This document shows positions 11,822-25,206 of a DNA stretch of 64,000 bases, piece after piece. The stretch's first letter is position 1. Each line of letters opens with the position of its first letter. The notes beneath the pieces were generated by a model, which saw nothing but the letters and a program-made list of their open reading frames with translations, was not told where the DNA came from and ran no database searches. Source of the stretch: Azolla caroliniana (taxonomy: Eukaryota > Plantae > Polypodiophyta). The stretch is taken from contig JBHGNT010000009.1 in assembly GCA_043228905.1 (NCBI GenBank), positions 19,282,001 to 19,346,000 of the forward strand, written 5' to 3'. A program made the position numbers and the translations under genes.

Positions 11822-12809
11822 TATATCACAAGATTTACAAAGAAAGGGATAAGGTTTAAGCAATTAGTATTATAATATTGTATTCGAGAAGCTTTAAAAT
11901 GTAAGAAGTGCAATATGGTAGAAGTTGCAATGTGTGTCACTTCCTAATAAAAACTTGCATTAATAATGTCCTACATGGAGAATTTATGTGGTTTTTGAGT
12001 GTGGTTGGTCCGAATAAGTCAAGGTAACATAATGAGGTGTTGCACCCTTGTGAATGAATACCTTCGATATTGCCTTAGTGGCCAACAATATAATATACTC
12101 TACCTTATTACTACATTCTATGGATCTCCAATCTATGAATAATTCATTTGGTAATGCACATTAAAAGAAGGGTGTGAGCTAAACAACGTTGGGCATAATG
12201 TGGGATGGGTCAATGTGTCTAACCAAATAAAAGGTGTGAATTATTGTTTTTGGTTAGGTGATGGCAGAATGTAGTATTCTACTTCTTTCCTTTAATTAAT
12301 CGTGTCTATTGCGTTAACTACGTTGTTGAGGGAATACAAGATGAGAATGTCACTACACAATTGAGAGAGATGTGCCACAAAAGTTGAGGCAATTCTTATT
12401 ATTAGAAAAGTCAAGAAACTAATCTGTTGGGAGGTAAATATGTTAGTTGCAAGGACGCCATGTTTGCCATTTGATTTAGTCTTAAGGAGCATAATGGTCT
12501 CACTTGCAATCCAATGCCCCATGTCTTAAATAGTCAAAGAATGGTATTTACACGTTTGTAACCAAATTTCTACTTAGAGACAGAGAGAGAATCTACAAAG
12601 TTGAAGGGCGTAATGATGTGGCAATTTTGTTTATTAGATCAAGTCAAATTTCTCTCATCGATGGATTGTTCGTCTTGATTGTTAGCAATTCAACATGTCC
12701 CACTTCTTGTGTTACAGTGATACCAATTGGTTGTGGTAATATTGTAGTCATGTTTATTAATATAATTGTGTGTTTTCATAAAAGAGAAAGAGGAAAAGAG
12801 CCAAATGAA

Positions 12810-12920
12810 AGTAGCTCCCTTGGTAAGGTTGCCCAATGGAGACCATGAGGTCATGGGTTCAACCTTTGCCTTACATTCCACAATAGCATCTACTGAATTA
12901 AAAGATATGTAATAGAGAGG
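12810..12920 (+). mobile_element. Single tRNA-derived SINE-like copy, same family as the 8.4-9.5 kb array
   Basis: gtagctcccttggtaagg (A-box) ... ggtcatgggttcaacc (B-box) ... cattccacaatagcatctactgaattaaaagatatg is the reverse complement of the 9236-9350 unit. Confidence 0.7.
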
Positions 12921-12943
12921 TAGCCAATTTTCTCACCCACGAT

Positions 12944-13360
12944 GTATTGCTTGTAGTGTAACAAGCTAATATTACGAGAGAGAAATATCCAGTATGCTCG
13001 CTTACCCACCTCTAAGCGGTGTGTAGCACATTCATTCCATATATTGATGTAGTGCTTGTAGTGTAACAAGCTAATATTACGAGAGAGAAATATCCTGTAT
13101 GCTCGCTTACCCACCTCTAAGCGGCGTGTAGCACATTCATTCCATATATGATTTGAAGGAACTTCAAGGCCAATATATTTGAAGCTTTCCACACAATCAA
13201 GTGGCTCATTGTTGTACATAATGCATGGTTTATCTCTTTTTTGGCTCTTCACAACCATAATCTTTGTTTTAGAGCTATTGACACTTAATTGAGTATGCAT
13301 GCAAAAAAATTCCAATGTCTTCATAAGCTTTTATGCATCTCCTAAAGTATTTCCAATGCC
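12944..13360 (-). mobile_element. LINE reverse transcriptase fragment with a 105-bp tandem duplication at its end
   Basis: ORF 12890-13324 LSVNSSKTKIMV...VESFKYIGL matches the post-YADD/thumb region of non-LTR RT; IWNECAT(R/H)RLEVGKRAY is repeated with a 35-aa period. Confidence 0.8.
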
Positions 13361-13372
13361 TAGAGAAAGAGA

Positions 13373-13414
<42 letters not shown>

Positions 13415-13730
13415 TAACTAACTTGGCGAAGGGTTTGTTAAAGACTAGAAGGTTATGCATTGAACCCGTTACTTACTTAGTAGTATAACAACTTACGACT
13501 AGGGTAAGCTGATTACGATAAGAGAGATGCCACGTAGTTTGTTAAAGACTAGAAGGTTATGCATTGAACCCACTATATTCCACAATGGCCTATAGTAACT
13601 CAAGAAACAAATCCATGATATATATTGAGGTGTGAAAGTCGAGCCTTGAACACAAGGCCTAAGGATTGGTAGTCTAAATATTTACCTCGAGGTTTGAAGG
13701 TAAGCCAATTGCGATAAAAAAGAGAAAGAG
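13361..13730. repeat. (GA)n followed by degenerate SINE heads on both strands (inverted sister of 9120-9470)
   Basis: gactagaaggttatgcattgaaccc occurs twice (about 13443 and 13546) and resembles gaccaaaaggtcatgggttcaaccc; ctagggtaagctgattacgataa matches the reverse complement of 9158-9180. Confidence 0.55.
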
Positions 13731-14227
13731 AGAGCATACATGTTTTCCATGAGACAATGTCCAAGATGAATGCAAAGGGTGGATGGATGGATGAATCATG
13801 GTGGGGCAATATTTTATGGACTTAACGCATGCAAAGGGGGGGGGGGATGGGGAGTGCCAAGATGCTGACTAAATATGAGTCCCCCCCCCCCCCCCGCCTC
13901 AAAAGATAGAACCATGTTCGGTCGAATCATGGAATGTGTGCATGAATGTGACACTTGTGGCGCTGATGTCTGATACGGTGCAAGAGGAATGAGAGGAGGG
14001 CCATATGGCGTTGGCCTCTCAGCATTCGAATCGGATACAACGCCCACTGGGCGAGGGGGGGGGGGGGGGGGCTTTTTCTGGAGATGGAGAGGGGTGTGCG
14101 AGGATATGCGATTTGGAGGTGACAGATACGGCAAGGAAGGGTCGGGCATTGGTCATGGAGATTTAATTCTGTATCTACGTAATACAGAGAGAAAGGAAGG
14201 ATACAGAAAAGGAGTGTAGTATGGGTA

Positions 14228-14462
14228 GTGTATGTGTATGTATGTAGAGTATGTATGTATGTATATGTGTGTGTGTGTATGTATGTATGTATGTATGTAT
14301 GTATGCATGCATGCATGTACATATGTATGTGTATGTATGGTGGTTTCTTTCATTTCTTTCTACACACAGAAAAACAGAGGAAAGAAGTAAACAGCATAAA
14401 ATCCTAAATTGAGGAGAGGGTAGAAGAAGCAAGCCCAAGGCCTTTCTTTCTTTCTTGTCCAC

Positions 14463-14508
<46 letters not shown>

Positions 14509-14580
14509 GTGGAATTCATCTTCCCCTTCCTCTTCTTCTTCTTCTTCTTTGCCATCGCCATCGCCATCGCCATCGCCTTC
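14228..14580. repeat. Microsatellite cluster in the promoter/5' UTR of gene 1: (TATG)n, (CT)n, (CTT)n, (GCCATC)n
   Basis: Directly visible simple repeats. Confidence 0.9.
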
Positions 14581-14918
14581 CCCAACCCTAATCTCCTCCC
14601 ACAAACGCAACAGCGAGAACTCCTCATATACATCTCCCAACCCTAAATCTTCTTCTCCAGGCCTATAATCCGATCTCCTCACACAATCCCCCGGCCTTGG
14701 TCATCCTCTTTTAAGGGTACGATCCGCACCCACGAATCGATCCCGCTTCATCTCATCAGTTTTCAATCTGATCGTTCTTCTCTTTTTCTTTTCTTTTTCC
14801 TGTCCTTCTCCGCGAAGAAGAAAACAGAGGAAAAGAAAACGATTTTTTTTTTCTGGCCCAGTAATCTACCATGCAAGACACTAGTTGGGTTCTTTTTGTT
14901 ATGTTGTGAAAGATTCCC

Positions 14919-15650
14919 ATGGAAGAGCCGGATACGAGACAAACAAAGAAGAATATGATGGAGAATGATTATCTTGGTTTAGGTTATTCTATGCCACAAG
15001 CACCATGGCTAGATGTTAGGGTTTTCTATGTTAGGGTCAGTTTTTGCTCTTTGGAAGAGGCACCTGATATCCTCACCATCAGGTATGGTATCAGGGATGT
15101 ATCTTCGAATCTGGAGGTCAACGGTTCGAGAGTGCCTGCCTCCGATGATGTGGCTTTGAACCTTCGACGCGATCGGATGGATTCAGAATCTTCTGAAGTT
15201 ATATATGTTGGAACAGATAGGCTGCGGACCACGGGATCGTTGAACTTTGAGATATGTCACAGGGAAGATTGTATTATCAAAGGGACACTGGAGAAATCGG
15301 ATGTTTGGTTAGACGGACAAGGTCTTGATCGCATTGGAACTGTGGGAACGCCCACTATGACGACAAAAAGCTATAAATCTGCATGGGTCATGGAGTGTAA
15401 GTGCACAATTTCTTCACAAAGGTGTATCTTTTTGAAGAGGAAATGTGATGGTTCGGGCACGCCGTCTTCTCCCTTGATGGAGGTTTATGTTACCGGGAGG
15501 TATGCTGGATCGCCTGTTATATTAACTCAAACTGTGGAGCTTGTTCTTCGTCGGAAGCTTGGGCGTTGGAACACTTTGGATTCCATCCCTGAAGTAGACG
15601 AGTCGGAAAGATCAACTAATAATTTGGAAACAACTGATCTCGCAAATCAG
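14919..15650 (+). CDS. At1g01500-like uncharacterised plant protein (often annotated erythronate-4-phosphate dehydrogenase family), coding exon 1
   Basis: PWLDVRVFYVRVS, LRRDRMD...YVGTD, MEVYVTG...PVILTQTV and LDSIPE motifs of this family; donor CAG|gtacc at 15650/15651, phase 0. Confidence 0.88.
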
Positions 15651-17115
15651 GTACCAAAAGAAGTTCAATTTTTTGTCGCTGGAAGATATGTCTGCCTTTT
15701 TCGTATTTTATTTTGTGTAGTAAGGATCTTGTTCGAGAAGATAAGATGTTCCAAATGTTTGAATTGGATACTTTGCATGGTAGAAAGATATATATTGTGT
15801 CTCACTTTCTCGAACAGGTTAAATTAAGCTTGTTTTTATCTCAGCATTTGAATACATGCAAGGAGTCAATAACATCGTAGATTTAACCATTGGTTTGTGA
15901 TGGCCACATTGTTGGACACGAGCGATATATATCTATGGTTAGGCTGTCTGGCATAGACATAGTGTGAACGAATGTGGTTTGAACATATATGTATTGCTTC
16001 ATGGTATGTAAAACCTTATGTGAGTGGTAAGGCTAGAGATATTCATCAGTTCCTGAATTGACACATGCCCATGCCCAGATAATGATGTGGATTGCTTTGT
16101 AAGCCTATTGGTTCATGAATTGACACACATGGCCCAGATATGATGTGGATTGGATCCAGCGGTAGGCAAACCTTGTTAAATGCAAAAATTTGTTTGCTTC
16201 TTGTAAGTTGTAGCTATGAAACACATACATGAGATAGAAACAGATGGAAAGGTCCTTTACAATTAATTAAACCAGTTTTTTGGCTTTTGTACCTGGATTC
16301 AAATAAGTGAACAGACCGCGATCGTGGAAGCCCTTGTTAGACAGTGAAATTTTGTCAGCCAGCTATCATATAGACCAAAAGAGCATGGGATTAGTTTGCC
16401 TATGTTTGAACTGACAGATTTGTGTGCAAATACTTCATGGTTCATTAATGGTGTCGAACATATAGCCTCATATTAGGAACTAACATTTTAGAACCTTCCA
16501 TTTATTTATTATTTAACATATTTTACCATTATTATGGGAGCTTTAATAAGTGGGAGGCATTTTAAACTATCGCCTATGAAAAGATTAGAACAAAAAAACT
16601 AGATCAACAAGTGCTTGCTGTTTTGTATATATTCTGACAGTCATTTATACACCAAATTGAAATCATGGCCTTCCAGGCTTATCGGCAGCCAGAAATGATA
16701 TACAATTATACATCCTGGTGTCCACAATTAACTTTCCCCTAGTGCTGATATAACAACTTGCAGGGATGCATATCACAAGCTTTCTTTAATGACTTCTTCA
16801 TGAACGAACACCTGAGCATATATTGATTTTATCTCTTGACATACTTTTGAAGTTTGTATTATTTTGCTAATTTACAATTAAGATCCACAGGGGTGGAATT
16901 GAAGTTTTCAAACTCTATAAATGGGAACGATTTTATTTTATTTCCTTTCATGTAGAAATAAATCTAAAATTAAGAGTGACAGAACTCTGGAAGTGCAAAA
17001 ATTTTCATGAACAGAGAACAAAATCCTTTCTTTCTTTTTTCGTAAAGAGAAGAACAAAAAGAACTGGAATTAATCCCAACATATCTTTTGTTTTAATTGT
17101 CTATGGTGACAGCAG

Positions 17116-17343
17116 GTGGAAGAGAGTAGCTTTTATCGAGAACTTGATAATAAGCCATTGGGAGCATATGATCGGGATAGCTATTTGGATGGCGATGAAG
17201 GTGAAATTACATGGTTTAATGCAGGTGTCCGCGTTGGTGTAGGGTTAGGGTTGGGAATGTGTGTCGGCCTCGGAATCGGTGTGGGATTGATGATGAGGGC
17301 ATATCAATCTACCACAAGAACTCTCAAGAGACGGTTCTTATGA
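17116..17343 (+). CDS. At1g01500-like protein, coding exon 2 (total about 319 aa)
   Basis: Acceptor cagcag|GTG; C-terminal signature EGEITWFNAGVRVGVGLGLGMCVGLGIGVGLMMRAYQSTTRTLKRRFL*. Confidence 0.9.
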   Translation: MEESSFYRELDNKPLGAYDRDSYLDGDEGEITWFNAGVRVGVGLGLGMCVGLGIGVGLMMRAYQSTTRTLKRRFL

Positions 17344-17559
17344 GATATATTTTGTTTGAAGACCCTCCTTGGAGTGCTTATATATACATATATGCGTTTT
17401 TTGAAGCCGGTTTTGGCTTCTGTAATGTAAAAATTTTCAAGCGGCTACATACATATATCGATATAGATAATACACAAGGGCTATGTAGGAAAAATATATG
17501 CTCTTCTCTGCACGTACACGCGCACGCACACACACACACACACACACTCTCTCTCTCTC

Positions 17560-17890
17560 TCTCTCTAAACACACTCTAATATATACATATTGTGAAAGTC
17601 TAAGTGGGCTTTGTTTTTTCACTTTCTATGATTTGTATTCCTTGTGAAATAATGAGAAGTGAACGACTCAATGTGACAATAGAGTGCACAAGAGATATGA
17701 CCAATCTCATGCCTTTTGGAGTGTTTTTACTATCATTTCTTCAAGAGGAGTTTTCAATCTCATGCTTTTTGGAGTTTTCTTACTATCATTTCTTCAAAAG
17801 GAGTTTTCCATCTCATGCCTTTTGGAGTGTTTCTACTATCATTTCTTCAACAAGGTTTTTAGATACTCTGTTACGTAAGCTCCTTGGATG
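17560..17890 (+). repeat. Dispersed repeat after a (CA)n(CT)n tract, with an internal ~55-bp tandem triplication
   Basis: Similar to 33850-34090 (tgtattccttgtga..taatgaga..gtga..gac..atgtgacaa); tctcatgccttttggagt...tactatcatttcttcaa occurs three times. Confidence 0.65.
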
Positions 17891-20800
17891 TTATTGACGT
17901 GTTGACGAATGACTTGCTCACTAGACACATACTAGTATAAAGGACCCTTACAAAGCTAAGTGAGGTTCATAAGGTTTTAGTTGTAAATTGGAAGAAGTCT
18001 TAAAATGAGTTAGATCATGCCTAAACATAGTGTGATGGCAAACTTTAGGCATCATTGGAAATTCTAATTGAGTAGATTAGTTGTTTGTTTGTAGTTGCAT
18101 TTTTGGGGTGAAAATGCACAATTATATTAATATAGATGTTTGGAAAACACTACAATAGTACTATTGATTCATTGGCAATGGTTACATTTTAGGGTTCATT
18201 GCATTTTTGGATAAAAACACAATTATATTAATAAATATGTAAAAAACACTACAATGGATTGTGGTACCATGGAATGGTACCTTTGTTACACCAATGTTAC
18301 GGGGGGATTGAGACATTTTGAAATACCAAGTAAACAAATACTTTGCCAAGGAAAAGAATTTCCACTTGGACTAACCCGTCAATACTCTTTTTTAACTTTT
18401 GTAGGTATGATCTTAATTTCATGCCTACCATCTAATGGAAAAGCATCTTAGAAAGAAGAAAATGATCTCCACCTTTGATTTTGGCTTGAGTTGGTGAGTT
18501 GTTGGCATTAAATAATTACAAGAACTTGCCAAATCTAAGAAATGTAACTCCAAATCTAATGAGCATTTGGACATTGTATGAAAAGGTGAGTACTATATCT
18601 TCCACTTGAACAATGCAAAGGAAACAAGTTGCCAATTGTTGGTCCACGTCTTCTTAGATCTAATCCCAAAGCCAAAACACCCAATCAATACTCTCCAGTT
18701 GAAGATATTTGTTAGAAGAGAATTTAAAATGCCAAGTTCCAACAATGTTTGAGACTCATAACTATTAAAAATACTTATTTTATATTTGGAATACACTTTA
18801 GAAAACTCTTCAAGTATTTAACACGTATTTTATGTTTTAGGATTGTCATTTCAAAATGTTTCATATACATAAAGTATATAAGTATTCTATGTATTTAAAA
18901 CAAGTATTTTTTGTTTCGAAAAAAATAAAAAATAGCCGAAAAACAATTGTTAGATGCAATACAAATATTTAACGTATTCTACATGTTTAATCTTTAGAAT
19001 AAGCATTTAAAAATATGGTAAGAGCTTTTAGAAGATGTTGCAGGTGTATTGTAGGCATATTGTATTAATTTCATGATCTACCACCGTCCTTCATCAAAGT
19101 TATGTACTTTCCATTCTTGTTCATGCTTAGATAATAACAATCAAATAGACTTAGTGGAGCAATGGTACAAGACATTAGTGGTCACTTGTAAAACGTCTCA
19201 TCTTGTAAATGCTAATCAACTCATGGTTGCTCTTCCGTTTGTAAAGGTAAAGGACCTTGCATTCGATCCCCAAACGAAATAAACGATTCAAATGAGAAAA
19301 CAGTCAATCGTTTTCAAGGAATAATTGAGAAACATGGGTGACTCTTTTGCAAAGAATTACCTCTTTATTAGATGATAGTGCCAAGAGAGAATTTCATGCA
19401 ATGAGACAAGATGATGAACATTGAATTCTAAGTGGAATACTTCCATTAAGTAATCGTCACAAAGATGCTTAATTGTTGTCCTTCCATGTGTTACTCCCTC
19501 TTTCCCAATGAAGTACTAGACATTGATATCCACGATTGTAAGTGTGAACACATGTCTTACAATAATAATGTTGGATGAGCCATCATACACAGAGGTAAGT
19601 CCAATTGCAATTCTCCCAAGTGCGTAGGGGTTGCTAGATTTCGTTCACAACAACAAAATAGAATGCAAAGACAAATAATGGTTTCCAATATAATACAGAA
19701 ATACTCTCTCTCTCACCCCAAACTAAGAGGAATGACACTATGCATAAAGCTTAGGTATAACAAGGAAGAAGCAACCCCATTCACCAATATTGGAGAGTGG
19801 GAAAAGACACACAAGTATGGTATTTGGATGCAAAAATTTGTATCATGTCTCTCATCAACCCCCTTTACCTTAACCATCAAAGACTTGCCCTTATTCCACC
19901 ACTCTTGTCATCACCTCATACAATGTAGAGAAGGTCATCCAATGCCTTCAACATGGACAATAGTCTAACCACACAAACTTACAAATTGAACACCTCATCA
20001 TGCAGTAAACACAATTTCCAATATCTTCACAAATATGTGAATAGTTAGAGGACCCTCTCCAACTAGGGAACTATCAAACAAACATTATTGGGCACACACT
20101 CACTAAACTTATGAAGGGGTTCTTGAAGAGAAACTCAACGCTTAACCTGAGGTTGAAAATAAAATATTAGGAAGGTTTAGGGAGCCTTCTCTACCACTGA
20201 CCACATCCTTATAATAGGTTCTTTGGTGGACAAAGAAAAAGCATAAAAGTAGCGATTGCATGCATGCTTCGTATATTTCTACGCCTTAGATCATATACCA
20301 TGGGAGATTGTCTTGCAAAGTCTCCACATATTCAAATTTCCCTCTAACATCATGTGGGAAATATATGCATGTTAAGTATCGGCAATACGTATACCGTTTC
20401 AACGGTGAAACGAGCAAGAGTTTTTGTCACACACTCTCAAGCTATTAACACTTGTATATTATGACTTATGTGGCGAACTCTTTCTCTCCTCTCTCAAATG
20501 ATTGACCAAACAAAGAAACTACTTATTAATGCCTTATTAGGCTTAAGCATTAAATGCATTAGTTAATGACACATATAACAGAAACCAGTAAGAAAATGAC
20601 ACTTCGATTGATTAAGAATCACCACAAACACATCCAAGAATATTACCAATTGGCGTCAAAGGAGCACGTAACGCTTATCTCAAGGAAAGTGAGAAAGGAG
20701 GAGAAAAACTCTAGCTCAGGGTTCAAGGAAAACTAAAATGGCACAAAAGTGACATTTATAGTCCTTTACAAAATTTTGACACCTTCGAAACTAGGGTGAC

Positions 20801-21089
20801 CACAAGGATTTAACTTTATAGCTATCTCTCTTGTGTCCTCTTTTCCTTGGTACAAATGTTTATATCATTGTTTATACAACAAAAACAATGCACCACATGA
20901 GTAGGTGTTCAGAAGAGTTAAGTGTTTGTGGGGTGCATTTAGAGGTAATCACGAGCACAATTAGCGCGAAACATAAATGTCGACTTTCTTCACGAAGTAG
21001 TGGATTCCTATGTATATGTAGGAGAGCACATTTACATGAATGATTGGGTGCTTCACAATGGCCCCAGTTGCAAAAGATTGACTCATTCA

Positions 21090-21775
21090 AGGGATAACTA
21101 AGGATAGTTATTTTATTAGCTAATAATAACTAATAACTAAATGATAGCTAAATAATAGGGAAATAATAACGAAATGATAGTTTTTTTACTAGCTGTGAGA
21201 AGTTATTCTGGTTAACTAAATGATAGCTAATGACTAGTAACTAATACCTAACTGAATGATAGCAAAGTCATTCTATCACCTAAATAATGACATCTAATAA
21301 AAGAGTTATTTTATTAGCTAAATAATAACTAATAAGTAAACACGAGTTAAATGCTAAAACGAAATATTTTATTAGCTAAATGATAGCTAAAAATAATTGG
21401 TAAATGATAATAGCTAAGGATATTTATTCTATTAACTAAATAATAACTAATAACAAAAGCATAGGAAAATAATAGGTAAACAATATATAATATCTAAGGA
21501 TATTTATTCTATTAGGTAAATGATAACTAAATCTCAATATTTCTTCAATCATAAGTTATAACTAAATAGTAATTAAATAATAACTTATAGCTAAAGGGTA
21601 ATGCTAATTCTAAATGGCTAAATTGTAACTCTTGTATTAATTAAACAATAAATCATATTTAATTACCATCATTGTTTATATTAGCTAATTATAGGTATTA
21701 CTATCAATAGGATAAATATGTAACGACAAAAAGATAACTAATAACTAGCTTATAACTAAACGATAACTAAATAAA
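21090..21775. repeat. AT-rich degenerate repeat of TAACTAA/TAGCTAA motifs
   Basis: Many taactaa/tagctaa motifs in a very AT-rich 700-bp block. Confidence 0.7.
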
Positions 21776-22914
21776 AGTGTCATTTCATGCTGCTTTTAAA
21801 TACTTCAGATACATCAAGGAAATGGACATGATGCTCCTTGCAAATCTTATTCGTTTTGTTTTCCCAATCTTTTCTTATTTGATGATACCCTACTCTTTTT
21901 ATTCTAAATGATGGCAATTATTTCTTTGATCTCAATTTTAATGGTGGTTGTCATTAGATCGTAGTTAACCTCATGAGACAACTTTCAAATCATCTACTCA
22001 ACTCAACCAATTTATTGTGTGATAGGCACTTCTTCTACGAAACAAATTCATGTATGGTTGCACATTAGAGGCGAAACTTGGAAAGATGCGATCGGCTTTC
22101 CTTTTTTCTGGAGTGGGGATGGAACTTGTTGCACATGCCGACATGCTTTATAGCCTTCTTTAGGTGCATCACTGGCAAAATGCAAGAAGGTCGTCGATCA
22201 ATTGATCAAAGACTCTAGGATTGCAAGCAAAGTCATTGTCAACCAAACAAGTTGTGCAACCAGAATCAAGGAAGATGGTCACTAGGACAAGAAACTCAAA
22301 GGATGCATGTTCTATTGTGCCAGGATGAGAAGTGTATTAGCCGAAAGCAGTTGACAAAATGACACAAATGATAGAGATGGGCGGCTTTGTTGGAACAAGG
22401 ACATTGGAGAAGTCATGGAAAGGGATGAGGACACAAGGGGACTTGGTCTTTATTGGGCCTTGGGAACACCACAAAGATGGAATGCAAGTTGGGGACTTGA
22501 AAGCATGGGTGGCAAGCTTGAGACTATTGTTGTGTCCCCAAACAGAGCCAACCCAAAATCAACCCCAAAATGAGTCACGAGGAAACCAAGGACTTCCAAA
22601 ACGGAGTCGGCATGAGCATAACCCAAGAATGGGTTGGGTTGGGATAATCTCACGTAGCCACCAGTCCCAACCTAAGTTGGGACCCGAGGGAACCGGTCCC
22701 AGTCCCAATCTCAGGCCTAGTCCAGTTCCTAAGAAGGGGCACCACTTTTGGGTTGGCATTACCTGTCCCCATCGGAGTTGGGACTTACGGAAAACATAGT
22801 CACAAACCCGGCTACAAGGGAAACGCCTACCTTGGTGTAACAGTTCTTGGCATAACGGTTGGGGTAACCCGTGTCCTTGCAGATCACTTCACCAAAGGGT
22901 GGTTACGGGTAGGA

Positions 22915-23316
22915 TGTTAACCGGCACAGATATGATTCTAATCCAACTGTTTCCGTATCGGTTCCGGGATGGCAATGTAACACCGATTGATTAACACGCG
23001 TGAGATATAAAATTAAACACAGAACGGTAAGTAGACAAGATACACAATACTTAAATTCAAATCCAAACTTGTATTACTTCCATCTCTCATTACATTGCTT
23101 TCCGGATTTTTTTATAGGCCTCCGGTTCCAATTACAAAACAGTGCCATACCAGCAACCGGCTATGAATCAGTCCGGATCCGGATCGGTGCAACTATTCCG
23201 GATCCGTCCGTTCCTATAGTATTTCTAACTAATTATTAATCTAATAATAATATTCGTTCCCAACTTGTCCCTTTCCCCACTTATCATTCGGACCATACTT
23301 TGGCCAACATCCAACA
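22915..23316 (-). mobile_element. LTR-like fragment
   Basis: tgtt...aaca termini and a TATA-like motif on the minus strand, but the flanking 5-mers do not match. Confidence 0.35.
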
Positions 23317-23720
23317 ATCACTCTTAGATTATATAAGGAGGACCTCCTCATTTTGTATTCATTCCTTGATTTCTTAGTTACACACACACACACACTCTCT
23401 CTCTCTCTCCTTAATCTTAATTAGCTCTAATGATCTTGTAATAAAACCTTCTTGTAATCACGATTAAGTATTAATGATAATTAATCTTAGTTTTGGCGTG
23501 ATATCTCTTCTCCCCATTGTGTTTTGGGTTCGTTTGATGACGTGGAGACATATCAATGGAGAGTGTGGGGCAAATGGATAATGACATTGGCAATTGAAGG
23601 GCGTGGAACTTGAAATGGAACTTGGGGGTGGGGTGAAGCAAAATGTTGAGGCTCTTTTGGTAACAACATGTGACTAGTGGCATGCAACTCTCTATAGTTC
23701 TAAAATCCATAAAAATGCTA

Positions 23721-23894
23721 GTATCAATACAAGGTACCGACTTTTCTAAATTGGTCCCATGGTTCTCAAGGTATGGAGACATCTACAATCACATGGAACA
23801 TTTGAAGGTATCAATACAAGGTACCGACTTTTCTAAATTGGTCCCATGGTTCTCAAGGTATGGAGACATCTACAATCACATGGAACATTTGAAG
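23721..23894 (+). repeat. Perfect 87-bp tandem duplication in a probable retroelement remnant
   Basis: 23721-23807 is identical to 23808-23894. Confidence 0.9.
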
Positions 23895-25206
23895 CAAATC
23901 AAGTAGGCTTATGACCCCATCCTTTTACGTCTCAATGGTGGCTACCTTCAAGCCCACTCTTAATAACCAACTTGGCATATTGTTTTGAACAACCTTTGCA
24001 TATTGCTCACTTCACTCATTTGTGTTGGGAAAACTTATGCTCACACAACACATTCCTCATCACCAATTATTAAATAAATTGACCATTCAAGCTCACCGAT
24101 GTTCAATATTTCAGCCAACTCCAAGTGTACCATAAGGCTACCCCAAGATATATGTTTGAAGATGCATATGTGCAAGTCTTCAATGTCAAATTCCACCCAT
24201 TCTTCCTTTCCATTCCTTGCTCGCCCATCTCATGTTTCACCAAGAGTTGTCACTACCCACCAATCACAATGACTCTTCAAAGACATATTTTCAATCGTGG
24301 TTCAACGCCATCTAGTTTACATTCGAATTCCAATTTCCCACTCCATCATAGGCTTCCTAACAAGCTCAAACAACTCAACAATCAAACAACAACATTGATA
24401 CCTTAGCCCTTTCACATATGTTATTTGCCCATCCTCACTCATTTGGGATTGAGGTGAATGGATGATGAAACAACTCAACAATCAAACAACAACATTGATT
24501 CCGTGGCCCTTTCCCATATGTTATTTGCCCATCCTCACTCATTTGGGTGTTGAATATTGTGATATGATGGTGGGCAGTGGATGATGAGGACCGTCAGTAA
24601 GATGTAAGATGTGTACAACAAACAACACAGAAATATCTAAGCAAGTAAGATTAATAAGAAGCTCAATTGAACCTCTAATGGAGTAGACTTTTATTTCTCT
24701 TTTGTAACTCACATTCTATACAATGTTACAGTTGGGCTTATATACTCAAGCCCTAAGTTGGGAACGTGTTCACACTTAAGGATACAATTTGGAAGAAGTC
24801 GGCCTTTTATGCCAACATTCGGCACCTTCTACTTCGAGATTGTAGTTTACTTGCACGAGAAACTCCTCGTGTTTCCCTTTATATATGTATGTTGACATGA
24901 TGAAGATGTGGTCCACCTCCATCCCCATTGAGCCTCAAGGTTGGTTTTTTGATGTGTTGGATCCCCTCACTAAACCTCCTAGTGCCCAACCACTTTGGCG
25001 TCTACCTTTTTTTATGATCTGAGCATAGGCCACTAGTTTAGATTGTGGTTCACGAGCCATCCTCCGCATACACTCCCCTAATGTTGGTCAAGACTTGATT
25101 ACATCACCATCAAGATGATGTGCCCTACCGTCCTCTTGAACTAACCTTTTTTCACCCACCCTCATTGGCATTAACCAACAAAGGTCAAGATCCTTTAGGT
25201 TATGAA

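Noticed and set aside
13814-14682. Several ORFs of 60-150 aa
   Set aside because: They are translations of microsatellites and homopolymers (ERER, HTYI, poly-P/G).
19145-19272. Another tRNA-like head (tagtggagcaatggt ... attcgatcccc)
   Set aside because: The A-B spacing is too long and there is only a single degenerate copy; insufficient support.
19569-20349. Possible solo LTR (tgttgg...ctaaca)
   Set aside because: No matching TSD and no partner LTR in the window.
22359-22799. 146-aa ORF
   Set aside because: Spans a junction of repeat-like sequences; no domain or splice support.
24548-24897. Possible solo LTR
   Set aside because: LTR-like composition, but the boundaries and TSD could not be fixed.
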